Shown: in pieces, positions 48,681 through 58,620 of the stretch | How positions within the stretch are numbered: position 1 is the first letter of the stretch | How the letters are laid out: each line of letters begins with the position of its first letter | Origin: Alphaproteobacteria bacterium | GTDB taxonomy: Bacteria; Pseudomonadota; Alphaproteobacteria; JAREAF01 | DNA length: 64,000 bases | Reading direction: 5' to 3' | Assembly: GCA_035620695.1 (NCBI GenBank) | Contig: DASPGI010000126.1 | Coordinates: forward strand, 509-64,508 | Notes under the pieces: model-generated | What the model saw: the letters and a program-made list of their open reading frames with translations, nothing else | Database searches by the model: none | Told to the model about the DNA's origin: nothing | Made by a program: the position numbers and the translations under genes

Positions 48681-49055
48681 TCAGTCATACTTGATATAGG
48701 CGAAGCGCTGGTCGGTGCTGGGTGTGCCTTCGAGCGGGCCTCCTTCCTTGCCGGGCTGCCATCCAACGACGTCTTCGATCTTGCGGGCGAGGGCGAAGTC
48801 CTTGTCGGTGATTCCCTTCGCTGCGTGATTCTGCAGCTTGACCTCCACCCAGGCATAGGATGCGGCGATGTCCGGGTGGTGCCAGGCCGCCTCCGCCAAA
48901 TGTCCGACGGTGTTGATTACCATCAGCGTCGACTTCCAGGAGTGCGTCTTGTAGCGCCGTCGGATCCAGCCATTCTCGTAGCGCCACTGCGGCAGCTCGC
49001 GGGCCAGCCGCTCGGCGATCTCCGTTTCGTTATAGGTGCGTTCCTCGCGTGCCAT
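48681..49055 (-). CDS. Pterin-4-alpha-carbinolamine dehydratase family protein
   Basis: AWHHPDI and H..GIT.KDFALA motifs. Confidence 0.9.
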   Translation of the reverse strand: MAREERTYNETEIAERLARELPQWRYENGWIRRRYKTHSWKSTLMVINTVGHLAEAAWHHPDIAASYAWVEVKLQNHAAKGITDKDFALARKIEDVVGWQPGKEGGPLEGTPSTDQRFAYIKYD

Positions 49056-49179
49056 GCCGGCGCTCCTTTCTCGTCAAATATGGCCGTGGCGCGGGGTCGC
49101 GGACCCTGTGCTAAGGTTTTCAGCAAGGCCTCGGGGCCACGCCGAACGAGCATAAGAGTAGATTTCGAGCGCGGGCAAT

Positions 49180-50202
49180 ATGGACGGCAGATGGGAGGCT
49201 GGGAGGATCGAGGCGCCGTCCGGAGCGGCCGGGGGCGTACGCGTCGTCGCGCCTGCGCGCCTGCATCTGGGATTCCTCGACCTCCATGGCGGGCTCGGAC
49301 GGAAGTTCGGAGGCATCGGCATAGCCTTGGCGGAGCCTTGCACCGTGTTGACGGTGCGCCGCGCCGAGCGGCTGTCGGTCAGCGGTCCTTCGGCGGAACG
49401 CGCGCGTCAGACCGCGCTTCGCCTTATCGACGGGATGCGGATCGAGGGCGGCTTCGAAATCGCTTTGGAGCAGGCGATTCCAGAGCATGCCGGCCTCGGA
49501 TCCGGCACCCAACTCGCTTTGGCCCTCGGGGCAGCGCTCGCCTGCTGCGCTGGTCAACCGGTCTATCCGCATGAGATTGCCTCGCTGGCGCGACGGGGTG
49601 CGCGCTCGGGGATCGGTATTGGCGCCTTCTCGATGGGCGGGGTGATCGTCGATGGGGGCCGCACGGAAGAGGACGAGAAGCCTCCCCCAATCGTAAGCCG
49701 CTTGGCGTTTCCGGAGGACTGGCGCGTCGTACTGCTCCTCGACCCGAGGGGCGGAGGCTTGCATGGACCGGCCGAGCACGAAGCCTTCCACCTGCTGCCG
49801 CGGTTTCCCGAAAGGCTTGCCGCCGAGCTGTGCCGCCTTGTGCTGATCCAGGCGCTTCCCGCCCTCGCAGAGGCAGACCTGCCGCGCTTCGGCGAGGCGG
49901 TGACGGAGTTGCAGCGTCGGGTCGGGGACTATTTCGCCCCCGCGCAGGGCGGCCGCTTCTCCAGCCCGCAAGTCGCTGCTGCGTTGGCCTGGCTGGAGGC
50001 CGCCGGCGTCGCCGGCTTCGGCCAGAGCTCCTGGGGGCCGACTGGCTTCGCACTTGCCGCCAGTCAGGCCGAAGGCGAGGCGTTGATGGCTGAGGCGGAG
50101 CGGCGTTGGGGTGGCAGTCTGCGCTTCCGCCTGGTGCGAGGGCGCAACCGCGGCGCCGAGATCGGCCCGCTCGACCCGGGCCCCGAGGCAAGGCAAGGAT
50201 AA
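49180..50202 (+). CDS. mptG: Beta-ribofuranosylaminobenzene 5'-phosphate synthase (GHMP family)
   Basis: APARLHLGFLD, HAGLGSGTQ, RGARSGIG and GQSSWGPT motifs. Confidence 0.92.
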   Translation: MDGRWEAGRIEAPSGAAGGVRVVAPARLHLGFLDLHGGLGRKFGGIGIALAEPCTVLTVRRAERLSVSGPSAERARQTALRLIDGMRIEGGFEIALEQAIPEHAGLGSGTQLALALGAALACCAGQPVYPHEIASLARRGARSGIGIGAFSMGGVIVDGGRTEEDEKPPPIVSRLAFPEDWRVVLLLDPRGGGLHGPAEHEAFHLLPRFPERLAAELCRLVLIQALPALAEADLPRFGEAVTELQRRVGDYFAPAQGGRFSSPQVAAALAWLEAAGVAGFGQSSWGPTGFALAASQAEGEALMAEAERRWGGSLRFRLVRGRNRGAEIGPLDPGPEARQG

Positions 50203-50217
50203 CTCACGGAGGAGCTC

Positions 50218-51108
50218 ATGGAGCGGCCGGCCATATTGCACATGATCAGCCCGCAAAAGCATGTCAGCCCCTTCGATCTGAACATGGCGGCGGACGCAGG
50301 ATTTGAGGTGATCGCCACCTATGGCGAGGTCGACCTTGCGGAAGTCGCGGGGCTGGTGCAGGACATGATCTTCTCGCGTGCGCCGAAGGATTCGCGCCGT
50401 ACTGCTCTGTTCATAGGTGGGCGCGATGCGGGGCTGGCGCTCGACATGCTGGCCAAGGCGAAGAAGGCGATGATGCCGCCCTTCGCCATATCCGCCTTCG
50501 CCGATCCATCGGGCTCTTTCACCACCGCGGCGGCGATGATGGCGCTGATCGAAAAGGAGCTGCGCGAGGAAGGGGGCTTGCGTGGCCGCAGCGTGACCGT
50601 GTTCGGCGCGGGAGGCACCGTGGGCATAGCCGCCGCCGCGCTGGCGGCGCAGGCCGAGGCGAAGGTCACCTTGGCCAGCCATCGCGGCCGGCTTGCCGCC
50701 GAGCAGCGCGCGGGCGAACTCGAGACGCGCTTCGGTGTCGAGGTTGTACCGGTGGACGGCTCCAGCTCGCAAGCCAAGTCGGCGGCGATCCGAGACGCCG
50801 AGATCGTCATCGCCGCCGGTCCCGCCGGCGTGCGGATTCTGGGCCGCGAAGAACTTTCCGGCGCCCGCGCGCTCAAGCTCGCGGCCGACGTCAACGCCGT
50901 GCCTCCGGCCGGCATCGAGGGGCTCGGCCCTTCCGACATGGCAAAGCCCATCGCGGGCGGTCGGGCAGTGGGTTTCGGGCCGCTCGCGATCGGCAACATC
51001 AAGTTCAAGACCCAGAACAAGCTGCTGCGGATGATGCTTGAAAGCGACCAGCCACTGGTCCTGGAATTCCAGGAGGCCTATCGCGTGGCGCGGGCAATCG
51101 CAGGCTGA
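50218..51108 (+). CDS. mtdB: NAD(P)-dependent methylene-H4MPT dehydrogenase
   Basis: ILHM..P.KH.SPFD.NMA.DAGF, IFSRAP and FADPSGSFTT motifs typical of MtdB. Confidence 0.92.
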   Translation: MERPAILHMISPQKHVSPFDLNMAADAGFEVIATYGEVDLAEVAGLVQDMIFSRAPKDSRRTALFIGGRDAGLALDMLAKAKKAMMPPFAISAFADPSGSFTTAAAMMALIEKELREEGGLRGRSVTVFGAGGTVGIAAAALAAQAEAKVTLASHRGRLAAEQRAGELETRFGVEVVPVDGSSSQAKSAAIRDAEIVIAAGPAGVRILGREELSGARALKLAADVNAVPPAGIEGLGPSDMAKPIAGGRAVGFGPLAIGNIKFKTQNKLLRMMLESDQPLVLEFQEAYRVARAIAG

Positions 51109-52262
51109 TGGAATCAGGCCGAAACGCGACTGTGGCGATCGTCGCCGTCACCGCGCGCGCACTTGCCGAGGCCGCTCGGCGCTCGCCGGGCTTTGCTCAA
51201 GCCCGGCTCGTCGGCCTCGACTGGTTCGCCGACCGCGACCTTCTCGCCGCCGCCGATGTGGCCGAGGCGGTCCCGACCCGCCGCATCGGGGGCTTTGCCG
51301 AGCGTCCCCTTCTGCGCGCGGTGCGGCGGCTCGTTCCGGAGCGAAGCCTGCTGGTAACCGGCTCCGGGTTCGAATCCCGCTTGTCCCTGCTGGCGAGGCT
51401 CGCAGCCGACTATCGGCTCGCCGGGAACGCGCCCGCCGTGCTGGCCCGCGTCAAGGACCCGGCGCAATTCTTCGAGGCGTCGGTGCGGCTCGGCATCCCG
51501 CATCCCGAGATCGCGCGTGAGGTGCCGCCCAATACAAGGGGCCAGTGGCTTCTGAAGCGCATCGGCGCAGCGGGGGGAGGGCATATCCGCTGGGCGCGGC
51601 GGGCGGGCGTTGTTCCGGTGCGCTCCTATGCGCAGCGAAGAGTGGGCGGGCGGCCGGTTTCGATCGCATTCCTGTCGGATGGCGCGCATATCGAGCCGGT
51701 CGGCTTCACAGAGCAATGGCCAAGCTCCGCTCCGGGCCGGCCCTTTCGTTATGGCGGCGCCGCACTCCCGGCGGCACTGCCGCGGGGGCTGGCCGAACGG
51801 ATGACGGAGTGGAGCTTGCGCCTGGCCCGCGAATTCTCTCTCGTCGGCCTCAACAGCGCCGATTTTCTGGTGGACGGCGAGCAAGCCTTGCTTTTGGAGG
51901 TAAATCCGCGCCCAGGCGGCACCTTGGACCTGCTCGACCGCATGCGACCCGGACTGTTCGAGGCGCATGTCGAGGCTTGTTTCGGGCGTCTGAGACTGCC
52001 GCTGATTGCCCCCGGGCCTGCGCGCGCGGCGTGCGTCCTCTATGCCGACCTGGGTCCGGCCGTCATCGGCATCGAGGGCTGGCCGGCCTGGGCGGCGGAC
52101 CGGCCGCATGTGGGGAGCACGATCCCGGCCGGCGGCCCGATCTGCACCCTGTTCGGCGAGGGTCCCGATGCCGCTTCGGCCCGAGCCTGCGCCCAGCATC
52201 GCGCCGTTGGCATTGTCGAGCGGCTTGGGGCGGCGGCCGATCTTGTTCCGACACGGCTGTAA
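51108..52262 (+). CDS. myfB: ATP-grasp protein OrfY (methylofuran biosynthesis)
   Basis: ATP-grasp motifs (WLLK...GG..I, LNSADF, LLEVNPR); canonical position between mtdB and mch. Confidence 0.8.
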   Translation: MESGRNATVAIVAVTARALAEAARRSPGFAQARLVGLDWFADRDLLAAADVAEAVPTRRIGGFAERPLLRAVRRLVPERSLLVTGSGFESRLSLLARLAADYRLAGNAPAVLARVKDPAQFFEASVRLGIPHPEIAREVPPNTRGQWLLKRIGAAGGGHIRWARRAGVVPVRSYAQRRVGGRPVSIAFLSDGAHIEPVGFTEQWPSSAPGRPFRYGGAALPAALPRGLAERMTEWSLRLAREFSLVGLNSADFLVDGEQALLLEVNPRPGGTLDLLDRMRPGLFEAHVEACFGRLRLPLIAPGPARAACVLYADLGPAVIGIEGWPAWAADRPHVGSTIPAGGPICTLFGEGPDAASARACAQHRAVGIVERLGAAADLVPTRL

Positions 52263-52421
52263 GCCATTGTGCCACCCCTCCGCTTCCCAAATGCGACGCG
52301 CGGCTCCTTGCAATCGGCCGCCCCACCACCTGTAAAGGTGCGCGGACAGGTGAAATTGGTATTCTACGAACCCCGCTTACATTCGTGTCCGAGCCCGATC
52401 CATCGGGAGGAACCCAAGAGC

Positions 52422-53402
52422 ATGCCCCGTACGGACTGGCCCAGCATTGGCGAACGGTCGCGGCCCTTGGTTCAGAGGCTGGTCGCCGACGCCGCCATGC
52501 TCGGGATTGGCGTGGGCCGGGCACCCTCAGGGGCGGTTCTGGTCGATGCGGGCATTGACCGACCCGGCGGGCTCGAAGCCGGTCGGCGCATCGCCGAGAT
52601 TTGCATGGGCAGCCTCGGCCGTGTGCTGCTCACTGGCGGGAGCGGGTTGCGGCATTGGCCGATACTGGTCTCGGTATCGGTAGCTCAACCGGTCCTCGCC
52701 TGCCTCGGCAGCCAGTATGCGGGCTGGAGCCTTTCCAGCGGGGAGGGTGGCGCATTCCATGCACTCGCTTCCGGCCCGGGCCGCGCGCTTGCCCGGCGCG
52801 AGGAGCTGTTTCGGGAACTCGACTATGCCGACAAGGCCGACGAGGCCTGCTTTGTCCTGGAAGTCGGGGCCCTGCCGCCATCTGCGGTTCTGGACAGAAT
52901 GGCCGAAGCCTGCGGCATCGCACAGGACAGGCTGACGGTCATCTGCACGCCCACACAGAGCCTTGCCGGCGCGGTCCAGATCGTCGCGCGCGTGCTTGAG
53001 GTGGCGTTGCACAAGGCTCATGCCCTCGGCTTCAATCTGAAGGATGTGGTGGACGGGGTGGGTTCGGCACCGCTGCCGCCGCCCTCGCCATCCTTCCGCA
53101 CGGCGATGGGGCGTACGAACGACGCAATCCTTTATGGCGGACGGGTTCATTTGTTCGTCACCGGCGGCGAAGAGCGGGCGGCCGATCTGGCGCGACGGCT
53201 GCCGAGTGCCGCCTCGCGCGACCATGGCCGGCCGTTCCGGGAGGTGTTCGAGGCCTATGAGGGTGATTTCTACAAGATCGATCCGCTTCTCTTCAGCCCA
53301 GCCGAGGTCACCGTGACCGCGCTTGACACCGGCCGCAGCTTCTCCACGGGCCAAGTGGACGAGGCCATGATCGACCGATCCTTCGGCCATGAGGCGGTTT
53401 GA
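52422..53402 (+). CDS. mch: Methenyl-H4MPT cyclohydrolase
   Basis: ICMGSLG, CLGSQYAGW, SGPGRALA, GRTNDAILYGG and FYKIDP.LFSPA motifs. Confidence 0.96.
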   Translation: MPRTDWPSIGERSRPLVQRLVADAAMLGIGVGRAPSGAVLVDAGIDRPGGLEAGRRIAEICMGSLGRVLLTGGSGLRHWPILVSVSVAQPVLACLGSQYAGWSLSSGEGGAFHALASGPGRALARREELFRELDYADKADEACFVLEVGALPPSAVLDRMAEACGIAQDRLTVICTPTQSLAGAVQIVARVLEVALHKAHALGFNLKDVVDGVGSAPLPPPSPSFRTAMGRTNDAILYGGRVHLFVTGGEERAADLARRLPSAASRDHGRPFREVFEAYEGDFYKIDPLLFSPAEVTVTALDTGRSFSTGQVDEAMIDRSFGHEAV

Positions 53403-54363
53403 AAGCGTGCCTCCTTCGCTGGCCGTCCAGGAGGACGGGCGCAGGGCAAAGGGTCGAACACCCCCGCAGATCCTCATCTTCGCCGATCGGGCCGACTGGC
53501 ATGTTCGCGAGTTGATGAAGGGCTTCTCGGCCGTCGGGGCGCGGGCGGAGGCGGTATCGTTGCGGCGCTGCGCTCTGTCGGTGGGACAGGACCGGGTGCG
53601 GTTTCTCTTGCCCGAACCAAGGCTGCGCCCGCCGGATTTGGTCATCGTCAAGACCATTTCCGCTGGAAGCTTCGAGGAGGTGACGCTCAGGCTCGGCATC
53701 TTGCACGGGCTGGAGGCGGCCGGCTCCGTGGTCGTCAATTCGGCGCCGTCAATCGAACGCTGTGTCGACAAGGCACAGACCAGCCTCCGCCTGTCGCTGG
53801 CGGGGCTGCCGACACCGCCGGCCTGGGTCGTTCAAAGCCGCGAGGCGGCATGCGCGGTGGTGGCGGCCGAAGCGGCGCTGGGGTTCGATCTGGTGCTGAA
53901 GCCGCTGTTCGGAGCGCAGGGGCGCGGATTGCTACGGCTCTCCAGTGCTGAAGGCGTGCCGGAGCCGGAGGCGGTGGCCGGCATCTACTATCTACAACGT
54001 TTCGTGCCGCCTGCCGGGGCGGGTTTCCGAGACTGCCGTGTCCTTGTCAGCGCCGGGCGCGCCCTTGCGGCGATGGTGCGCGAGCATGAGAGCTGGATCA
54101 CCAATGTCCATCAGGGCGCACGCTGCACCGCCGTCACGGCCGAAGGAAGGGTTGCCGAGCTCGCCGTTGCGGCCGCCGTCGCGGTTGGCGCATTCCATGC
54201 CGGGGTGGATCTGATCTGCGATGCCACAGGGGCGTGGCAGATCCTTGAGGTCAATTCCATGCCCGCCTGGAAGGGGCTGCAAAGCGTCACCTCCTTCCCC
54301 ATCGCGCCGATCATCGCCACCGATGCCTTGCGGGTGCTCGCATTTGGGGAGCCGGTCTCGTGA
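53389..54363 (+). CDS. myfA: RimK-family glutamate ligase Orf5 (methylofuran polyglutamate synthesis)
   Basis: CVDK, VLKPLFGAQG.G, WITNVHQG, GVDL and EVNSMP.W motifs. Confidence 0.85.
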   Translation: MRRFESVPPSLAVQEDGRRAKGRTPPQILIFADRADWHVRELMKGFSAVGARAEAVSLRRCALSVGQDRVRFLLPEPRLRPPDLVIVKTISAGSFEEVTLRLGILHGLEAAGSVVVNSAPSIERCVDKAQTSLRLSLAGLPTPPAWVVQSREAACAVVAAEAALGFDLVLKPLFGAQGRGLLRLSSAEGVPEPEAVAGIYYLQRFVPPAGAGFRDCRVLVSAGRALAAMVREHESWITNVHQGARCTAVTAEGRVAELAVAAAVAVGAFHAGVDLICDATGAWQILEVNSMPAWKGLQSVTSFPIAPIIATDALRVLAFGEPVS

Positions 54364-55265
54364 GGGCCCCGACCGAGGCGGCCGAAGCCGGTCGTATCGC
54401 CGAGGCCTATCGCCAGGCCTGCCTTGCCGAGTTGCGCGCACTCAAACCTGGCAACGTTCATATCTTCGCCGATGGCCACGGCATGACCGTCGCCCAGCTC
54501 GAGGCGAGCGCGGCGGCCTCAGCCCCGGTCATTGCCGCGCCCGGCCTCAGGGTCGGCCAGCGCATTCTCAAGGCGGTGGAGGCGACACGCGCGGCGGTTG
54601 GGCTCAACACCAATCTCGGCATCGTGCTTTTGGCCGCGCCTTTAATCGCCGCCGCCTGGCGGCCGGAGCGCGGCAGCCTTCGCGAGCGCGTATCGGCAGT
54701 CGTCGATGCGCTCGACCGCGCCGATTGCGAGCAGACCTATGCGGCAATCCGGCTGGCCTCCCCCGCCGGGCTTGGTCACAGCGCCGTCGAGGATGTGTTT
54801 GCTCCGCCCACCGTGACGCTGAAAGTGGCGATGGCGCTTGCGGCCGAGCACGATCGTGTCGCATGCCAATATACGACAGGCTTCGCCGACATTTTCGAAA
54901 TCGGGTTGCCGAGACTGAGGCAAGCCTTCGCCTCGGGCATGGTGGCGGAGGAGGCGGTCGCAGCCGTGCATATGCGCTTCATGGCTGCTTTCCCCGACAG
55001 TCATATCCGGCGCAAATATGGAGCCGCTACGGCCGAGGCCGTGCGCGGCGAGGCCGATCTACTCGATCGGGAGTGGCTCTGGCAGGGCCCGTGGGTCGAA
55101 CGACGCCGACGGCTGCTGGCATTCGATACCAAGCTGAAGTCGCGCAACCTCAACCCCGGCACCAGCGCCGACCTTACGGTTGCTTGCTTGCTGGCTCAGA
55201 GGCTGGACGATATGATCGGCCTGCCTCCTCATTGCGGACCGGAACGGGCGCAGGTCAGGGGTTGA
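54360..55265 (+). CDS. CitG-family protein Orf7 (triphosphoribosyl-dephospho-CoA synthase-like)
   Basis: KPGNVH, NTNLG, DSHI.RK.G and NPGTSADL motifs. Confidence 0.88.
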   Translation: MRAPTEAAEAGRIAEAYRQACLAELRALKPGNVHIFADGHGMTVAQLEASAAASAPVIAAPGLRVGQRILKAVEATRAAVGLNTNLGIVLLAAPLIAAAWRPERGSLRERVSAVVDALDRADCEQTYAAIRLASPAGLGHSAVEDVFAPPTVTLKVAMALAAEHDRVACQYTTGFADIFEIGLPRLRQAFASGMVAEEAVAAVHMRFMAAFPDSHIRRKYGAATAEAVRGEADLLDREWLWQGPWVERRRRLLAFDTKLKSRNLNPGTSADLTVACLLAQRLDDMIGLPPHCGPERAQVRG

Positions 55266-55334
55266 AGTTCACCGAACAGGCTGGGGCGCGCCCGCCTCGA
55301 AGCCCCGCTGCAGCAGATTTCTGGGAGTTTCGAA

Positions 55335-55844
55335 ATGGCCAAGATCACCAAGACGTTGGTCGGCGAATCGCTGATCGGCGACGGCAACGAGGTCGCGCAT
55401 ATCGATCTGATCATGGGGCCGCGTGGCAGCGCGGCCGAAAGCGCCTTCTGCAATGCGCTGACGAACAACAAGGACGGTTTCACCAGTCTTCTCGCCGTGA
55501 TCGGCCCCAATCTGCAGTGCAAGCCGAACACCATCCTGTTCAACAAGGTGACGATCAAGAACGCCAAGCAGGCAGTCCAGATGTTCGGGCCGGCGCAGCG
55601 CGCGGTGGCGACGGCGGTGGCCGATTGCGTGGCCGACGGCACCATCCCGGTCGAGGAAGCGGACGATGTCTTCATTTCCGTCGGCGTTTTCATCCATTGG
55701 GATGCGGCCGACGACAAGAAAATCCAGCAATACAATTATGAAGCTACCAAGCAGGCTATTCAGCGCGCCGTGAAGGGCGAGCCGAAGGCGAAGGAGACCC
55801 TGGAGAAGCGGAAGACGGTAAAGCATCCGTTCGCACCTTCCTAA
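55335..55844 (+). CDS. fae: Formaldehyde-activating enzyme
   Basis: [35 protein letters not shown] and NYEATK motifs. Confidence 0.97.
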   Translation: MAKITKTLVGESLIGDGNEVAHIDLIMGPRGSAAESAFCNALTNNKDGFTSLLAVIGPNLQCKPNTILFNKVTIKNAKQAVQMFGPAQRAVATAVADCVADGTIPVEEADDVFISVGVFIHWDAADDKKIQQYNYEATKQAIQRAVKGEPKAKETLEKRKTVKHPFAPS

Positions 55845-55865
55845 CGCACTTCGACGGCTCTGCCC

Positions 55866-55903
55866 GAAGGGGCGGCCCTTGCAGGAGGTCCACCCCTTCT
55901 TTT
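55866..55903 (+). terminator. Putative intrinsic terminator after fae
   Basis: GAAGGGG...CCCCTTC stem followed by TTTT. Confidence 0.55.
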
Positions 55904-56167
55904 CGCGCGAGCACCCTGCGCAATAAGTCGGTTTGCAGAGTTCGTTCACCTGCCTCGTAGGCGTTGATCATGGATCCCGCCCGGCCAGGTGCCACGGGCG
56001 ATATCGAAGCCACCTGCTTTTATGCCGGGCAGCCCGTTGGGTTGGTTCGCGACATTCCGCCAGCCAGCGAACAGCCCCCGGCTCGCTTGCGCTCGCCCTG
56101 ATCGTCCGTCCGTCGCAAGTGGCCGCTGCGAGTGTTCTCCGGTGCGGGCCGGCTGTGGCGATTCCGG

Positions 56168-56875
56168 TCAGCGGCTGTGCCGCCGGATCGCCTCCTCGGA
56201 AATTGCGCCGTCGTGCAGGGCACTCGCGAGCAAGACGCCGGTGGCTCCGGACCTCTCCAGGCGCACCAGGTCTTCCTCGCCCCGAACGCCGCCGGCGGCG
56301 TAGAAGCTTAGCTGGGGCGCGCGTCGCTTCAGGTCCGCGAGCAGCCCGAGATCTGCTCCGGCACCGCTGCCGACGCGCTCAAGGTTCATGCAGATGACAC
56401 GGTCGGGCCAGGCCGTGGCCCTCTCCAGAAGAGCTGGAGGGCCTAGGAACTGCGACCCGCGGAAATCGAGCGACAGCAGCAGGCGGTCCGCCGTGGCCCG
56501 GGCGGTCAGCGCGTTCAAAATCGTCAGGTCGCTCTGGCTCTCGCTGCCGAGCACCAGATGATCGCTGTTTTGCGAAAGCCAGGATCGGCACTCCGCCTCG
56601 CGGCTCAGCCCGCAATCGACCCAGAACGTGACCTGCGGCTGAGAGGCTCTGAGCCGCCGCAGCACCGTTGCGTTCGAGCCCCGCCGCTCGATTGCATCAA
56701 GATCGGCGATATAGACGGTGCGAAACGGATAAAGCTTCAACAGGGCCGTCAACACCGCTTCGGGCTCCGGGCTGGGCGACAGAGGGGAGGAGAGCGGCCG
56801 ATAGCGCGTGCGGTCGCCGCGCTCGGCCCTGACCACCTTCGCGCCGATGAGATCGATGACCGGGATCAGCTCCAT
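56168..56875 (-). CDS. HisA/HisF-related TIM-barrel protein of H4MPT clusters (orf17-like)
   Basis: IPVIDL..G/KVVRA.RGDR..YRP, YIADLDAI and AAGGVRG motifs. Confidence 0.85.
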   Translation of the reverse strand: MELIPVIDLIGAKVVRAERGDRTRYRPLSSPLSPSPEPEAVLTALLKLYPFRTVYIADLDAIERRGSNATVLRRLRASQPQVTFWVDCGLSREAECRSWLSQNSDHLVLGSESQSDLTILNALTARATADRLLLSLDFRGSQFLGPPALLERATAWPDRVICMNLERVGSGAGADLGLLADLKRRAPQLSFYAAGGVRGEEDLVRLERSGATGVLLASALHDGAISEEAIRRHSR

Positions 56876-56938
56876 CGCCTCTCTATTGCACCTCGCGCCG
56901 CCCTCCGGCAATAACGACGGTGAAGGAAGAGCGATCGA

Positions 56939-57964
56939 ATGGCGGCTATCATCGGCTGGGATGTCGGCGGCGCGCATCTGAAAGCGGCGCGGGTCGAGAA
57001 TGGGCGTCTGTGCGAGGTCGTGCAGCTTCCTTGCACGCTTTGGCTCGGTCTCGAACATCTCGATCGCGCCCTAGGTCAGGCGCGAGACCGGTTGGGCACC
57101 GCCGAAGCGCATGCCGTGACCATGACCGGCGAGCTGGTGGACTACTTTCCCAACCGTGCGGAAGGGGTGCGACGCCTCACTGACTTCCTGACGGAGCGGC
57201 TTCGGGGATTGCAAGTCTGGGCCGGTTCGCTGGCCTTTCTGCCACCCGAGCGCGCGCGCGCCGAGGCGCGGGCCGTTGCTTCGGCGAACTGGCTGGCGAG
57301 CGTGGCGTGGACGGCGGGGCGCCTGCCAAGCGGGCTTTTCGCCGATATGGGCAGCACCACGACCGACATGGTGCCGTTCTCGGATGGGGCAAGCCGCCAC
57401 AGGGGCTTGACCGATGCCGAGCGCCTGGGCGAGGGGGAGTTGATCTATACCGGCGCCGTTCGCACTCCGTTGATGGCGGTCGCGCGGACAATTCCTTTCC
57501 GCGGACGCCTCCATGGCGTCATGGCCGAGTATTTTGCGACCATCGCTGACGCGCATCGACTGAGGCGTGCGCTGCCCGAGGGTCTTGATCTGCACGATAC
57601 CGCCGATCGCCGCGGCAAGTCCGAGGAAGAGAGCGCGGCACGGTTGGCGCGGATGGTCGGCTGCGATTTCTGCGATGGCACGATGGAAGAATGGCGCGTG
57701 CTTGCCGATGCCTTCGCGCGCACGCAGCTCGAGCAGCTGAAATCAGGAGCCGAGCGAATGCTCTCCCGGGGCAGGGTCGATCCAGGCGCGCCTCTTGTCG
57801 GGGCCGGAGCGGGCCGATTTGTGCTGCGCGAGCTGGCGGCCTGTCTCAGCCGGCCCTATCGCGATTTCGCCGAGCTCGTCGACGGCACGCCCGAGGCGCG
57901 AGAGGCGGCGGCGATCAGCGCTCCCGCCGCGGCAGTGGCGCTCCTTGCCTGGTCCAGCTCCTGA
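56939..57964 (+). CDS. H4MPT-linked C1 pathway protein orf9 (MfnF-like, hydantoinase/ASKHA family)
   Basis: GWDVGGAHLK, TMTGEL.D, ASANW, DMGSTTTD and GVRT-like GAVRTP motifs. Confidence 0.85.
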   Translation: MAAIIGWDVGGAHLKAARVENGRLCEVVQLPCTLWLGLEHLDRALGQARDRLGTAEAHAVTMTGELVDYFPNRAEGVRRLTDFLTERLRGLQVWAGSLAFLPPERARAEARAVASANWLASVAWTAGRLPSGLFADMGSTTTDMVPFSDGASRHRGLTDAERLGEGELIYTGAVRTPLMAVARTIPFRGRLHGVMAEYFATIADAHRLRRALPEGLDLHDTADRRGKSEEESAARLARMVGCDFCDGTMEEWRVLADAFARTQLEQLKSGAERMLSRGRVDPGAPLVGAGAGRFVLRELAACLSRPYRDFAELVDGTPEAREAAAISAPAAAVALLAWSSS

Positions 57965-58620
57965 CGGACCGCGCGGACCCGCGCGGCCTCGATCCGGCTT
58001 GTGCGCGCCTCTCTGCAAAGCGCTCCGCGGAAACCGAGATAGTCCGGCTGGAGCGTGACCAAGGGCGCGATATGTTCCAGCCGCAAGGATCCGGCAAGGC
58101 CCGTCATCAGGCCGAAGGACCGGCAGCGCTCCACGAACAGGGCCAAGCGTTCCGCGGGCAGATGGTCCGGGAGCGCGCCGCCGTCCTTGCTGGCAGTATC
58201 CAGCATGGCGCCGGCAAAGCCCGCGCCGGCCAACCGGTCGAGCAGGGCAATGTCCGGCCCTCGATCAGCGAACAGGACTGCAACCAGCCGCACGCCCTCG
58301 GTGGCAAGATGGCCCAATGCGGCAATGCATCCTCGTACATCGCCGTCTGGAAAGATCCCGACCTTGACATAGTCGACACCGGCCGCAGTGGTCCGGCGCG
58401 CGGCATCGGCCAGGAGCGAGGCCTCCATGGGCAGATCGCCCAAGGTCGCGCTGACCCGCCGTTGGCCGGCGACAGCCTCCACAACTGTACGGACGGTTTC
58501 GCCGCTGGCTGCGCCGAGGGCGCCCATCGAGGGGTCCTTCACATCGATGAGATCGGCGCCGCCTTCCAGCACCGGCGTAAGTTCCTCCGAGGATGCGATG
58601 CTGGCGAGAAAGCCCGTCAT
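57856..58620 (-). CDS. (5-formylfuran-3-yl)methyl phosphate synthase-like (DUF556/MfnB)
   Basis: ADLIDVKDP..GALGA, SATLGD, DYVKVG, MLDTASK, GLAGSL and GFRGALC motifs. Confidence 0.87.
   Translation of the reverse strand: MTGFLASIASSEELTPVLEGGADLIDVKDPSMGALGAASGETVRTVVEAVAGQRRVSATLGDLPMEASLLADAARRTTAAGVDYVKVGIFPDGDVRGCIAALGHLATEGVRLVAVLFADRGPDIALLDRLAGAGFAGAMLDTASKDGGALPDHLPAERLALFVERCRSFGLMTGLAGSLRLEHIAPLVTLQPDYLGFRGALCREARTSRIEAARVRAVRQELDQARSATAAAGALIAAASRASGVPSTSSAKSR

Noticed and set aside
55904-56167. About 260-bp gap between fae and the HisA-like gene (ORFs 55756-56013, 55989-56303; possible sRNA)
   Set aside because: ORFs lack motifs and overlap neighbours; no recognisable RNA family structure
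56168-56875. Calling this hisA in histidine biosynthesis
   Set aside because: It sits inside the methanopterin cluster and matches the HisA-related orf17 type, not the his operon near position 1
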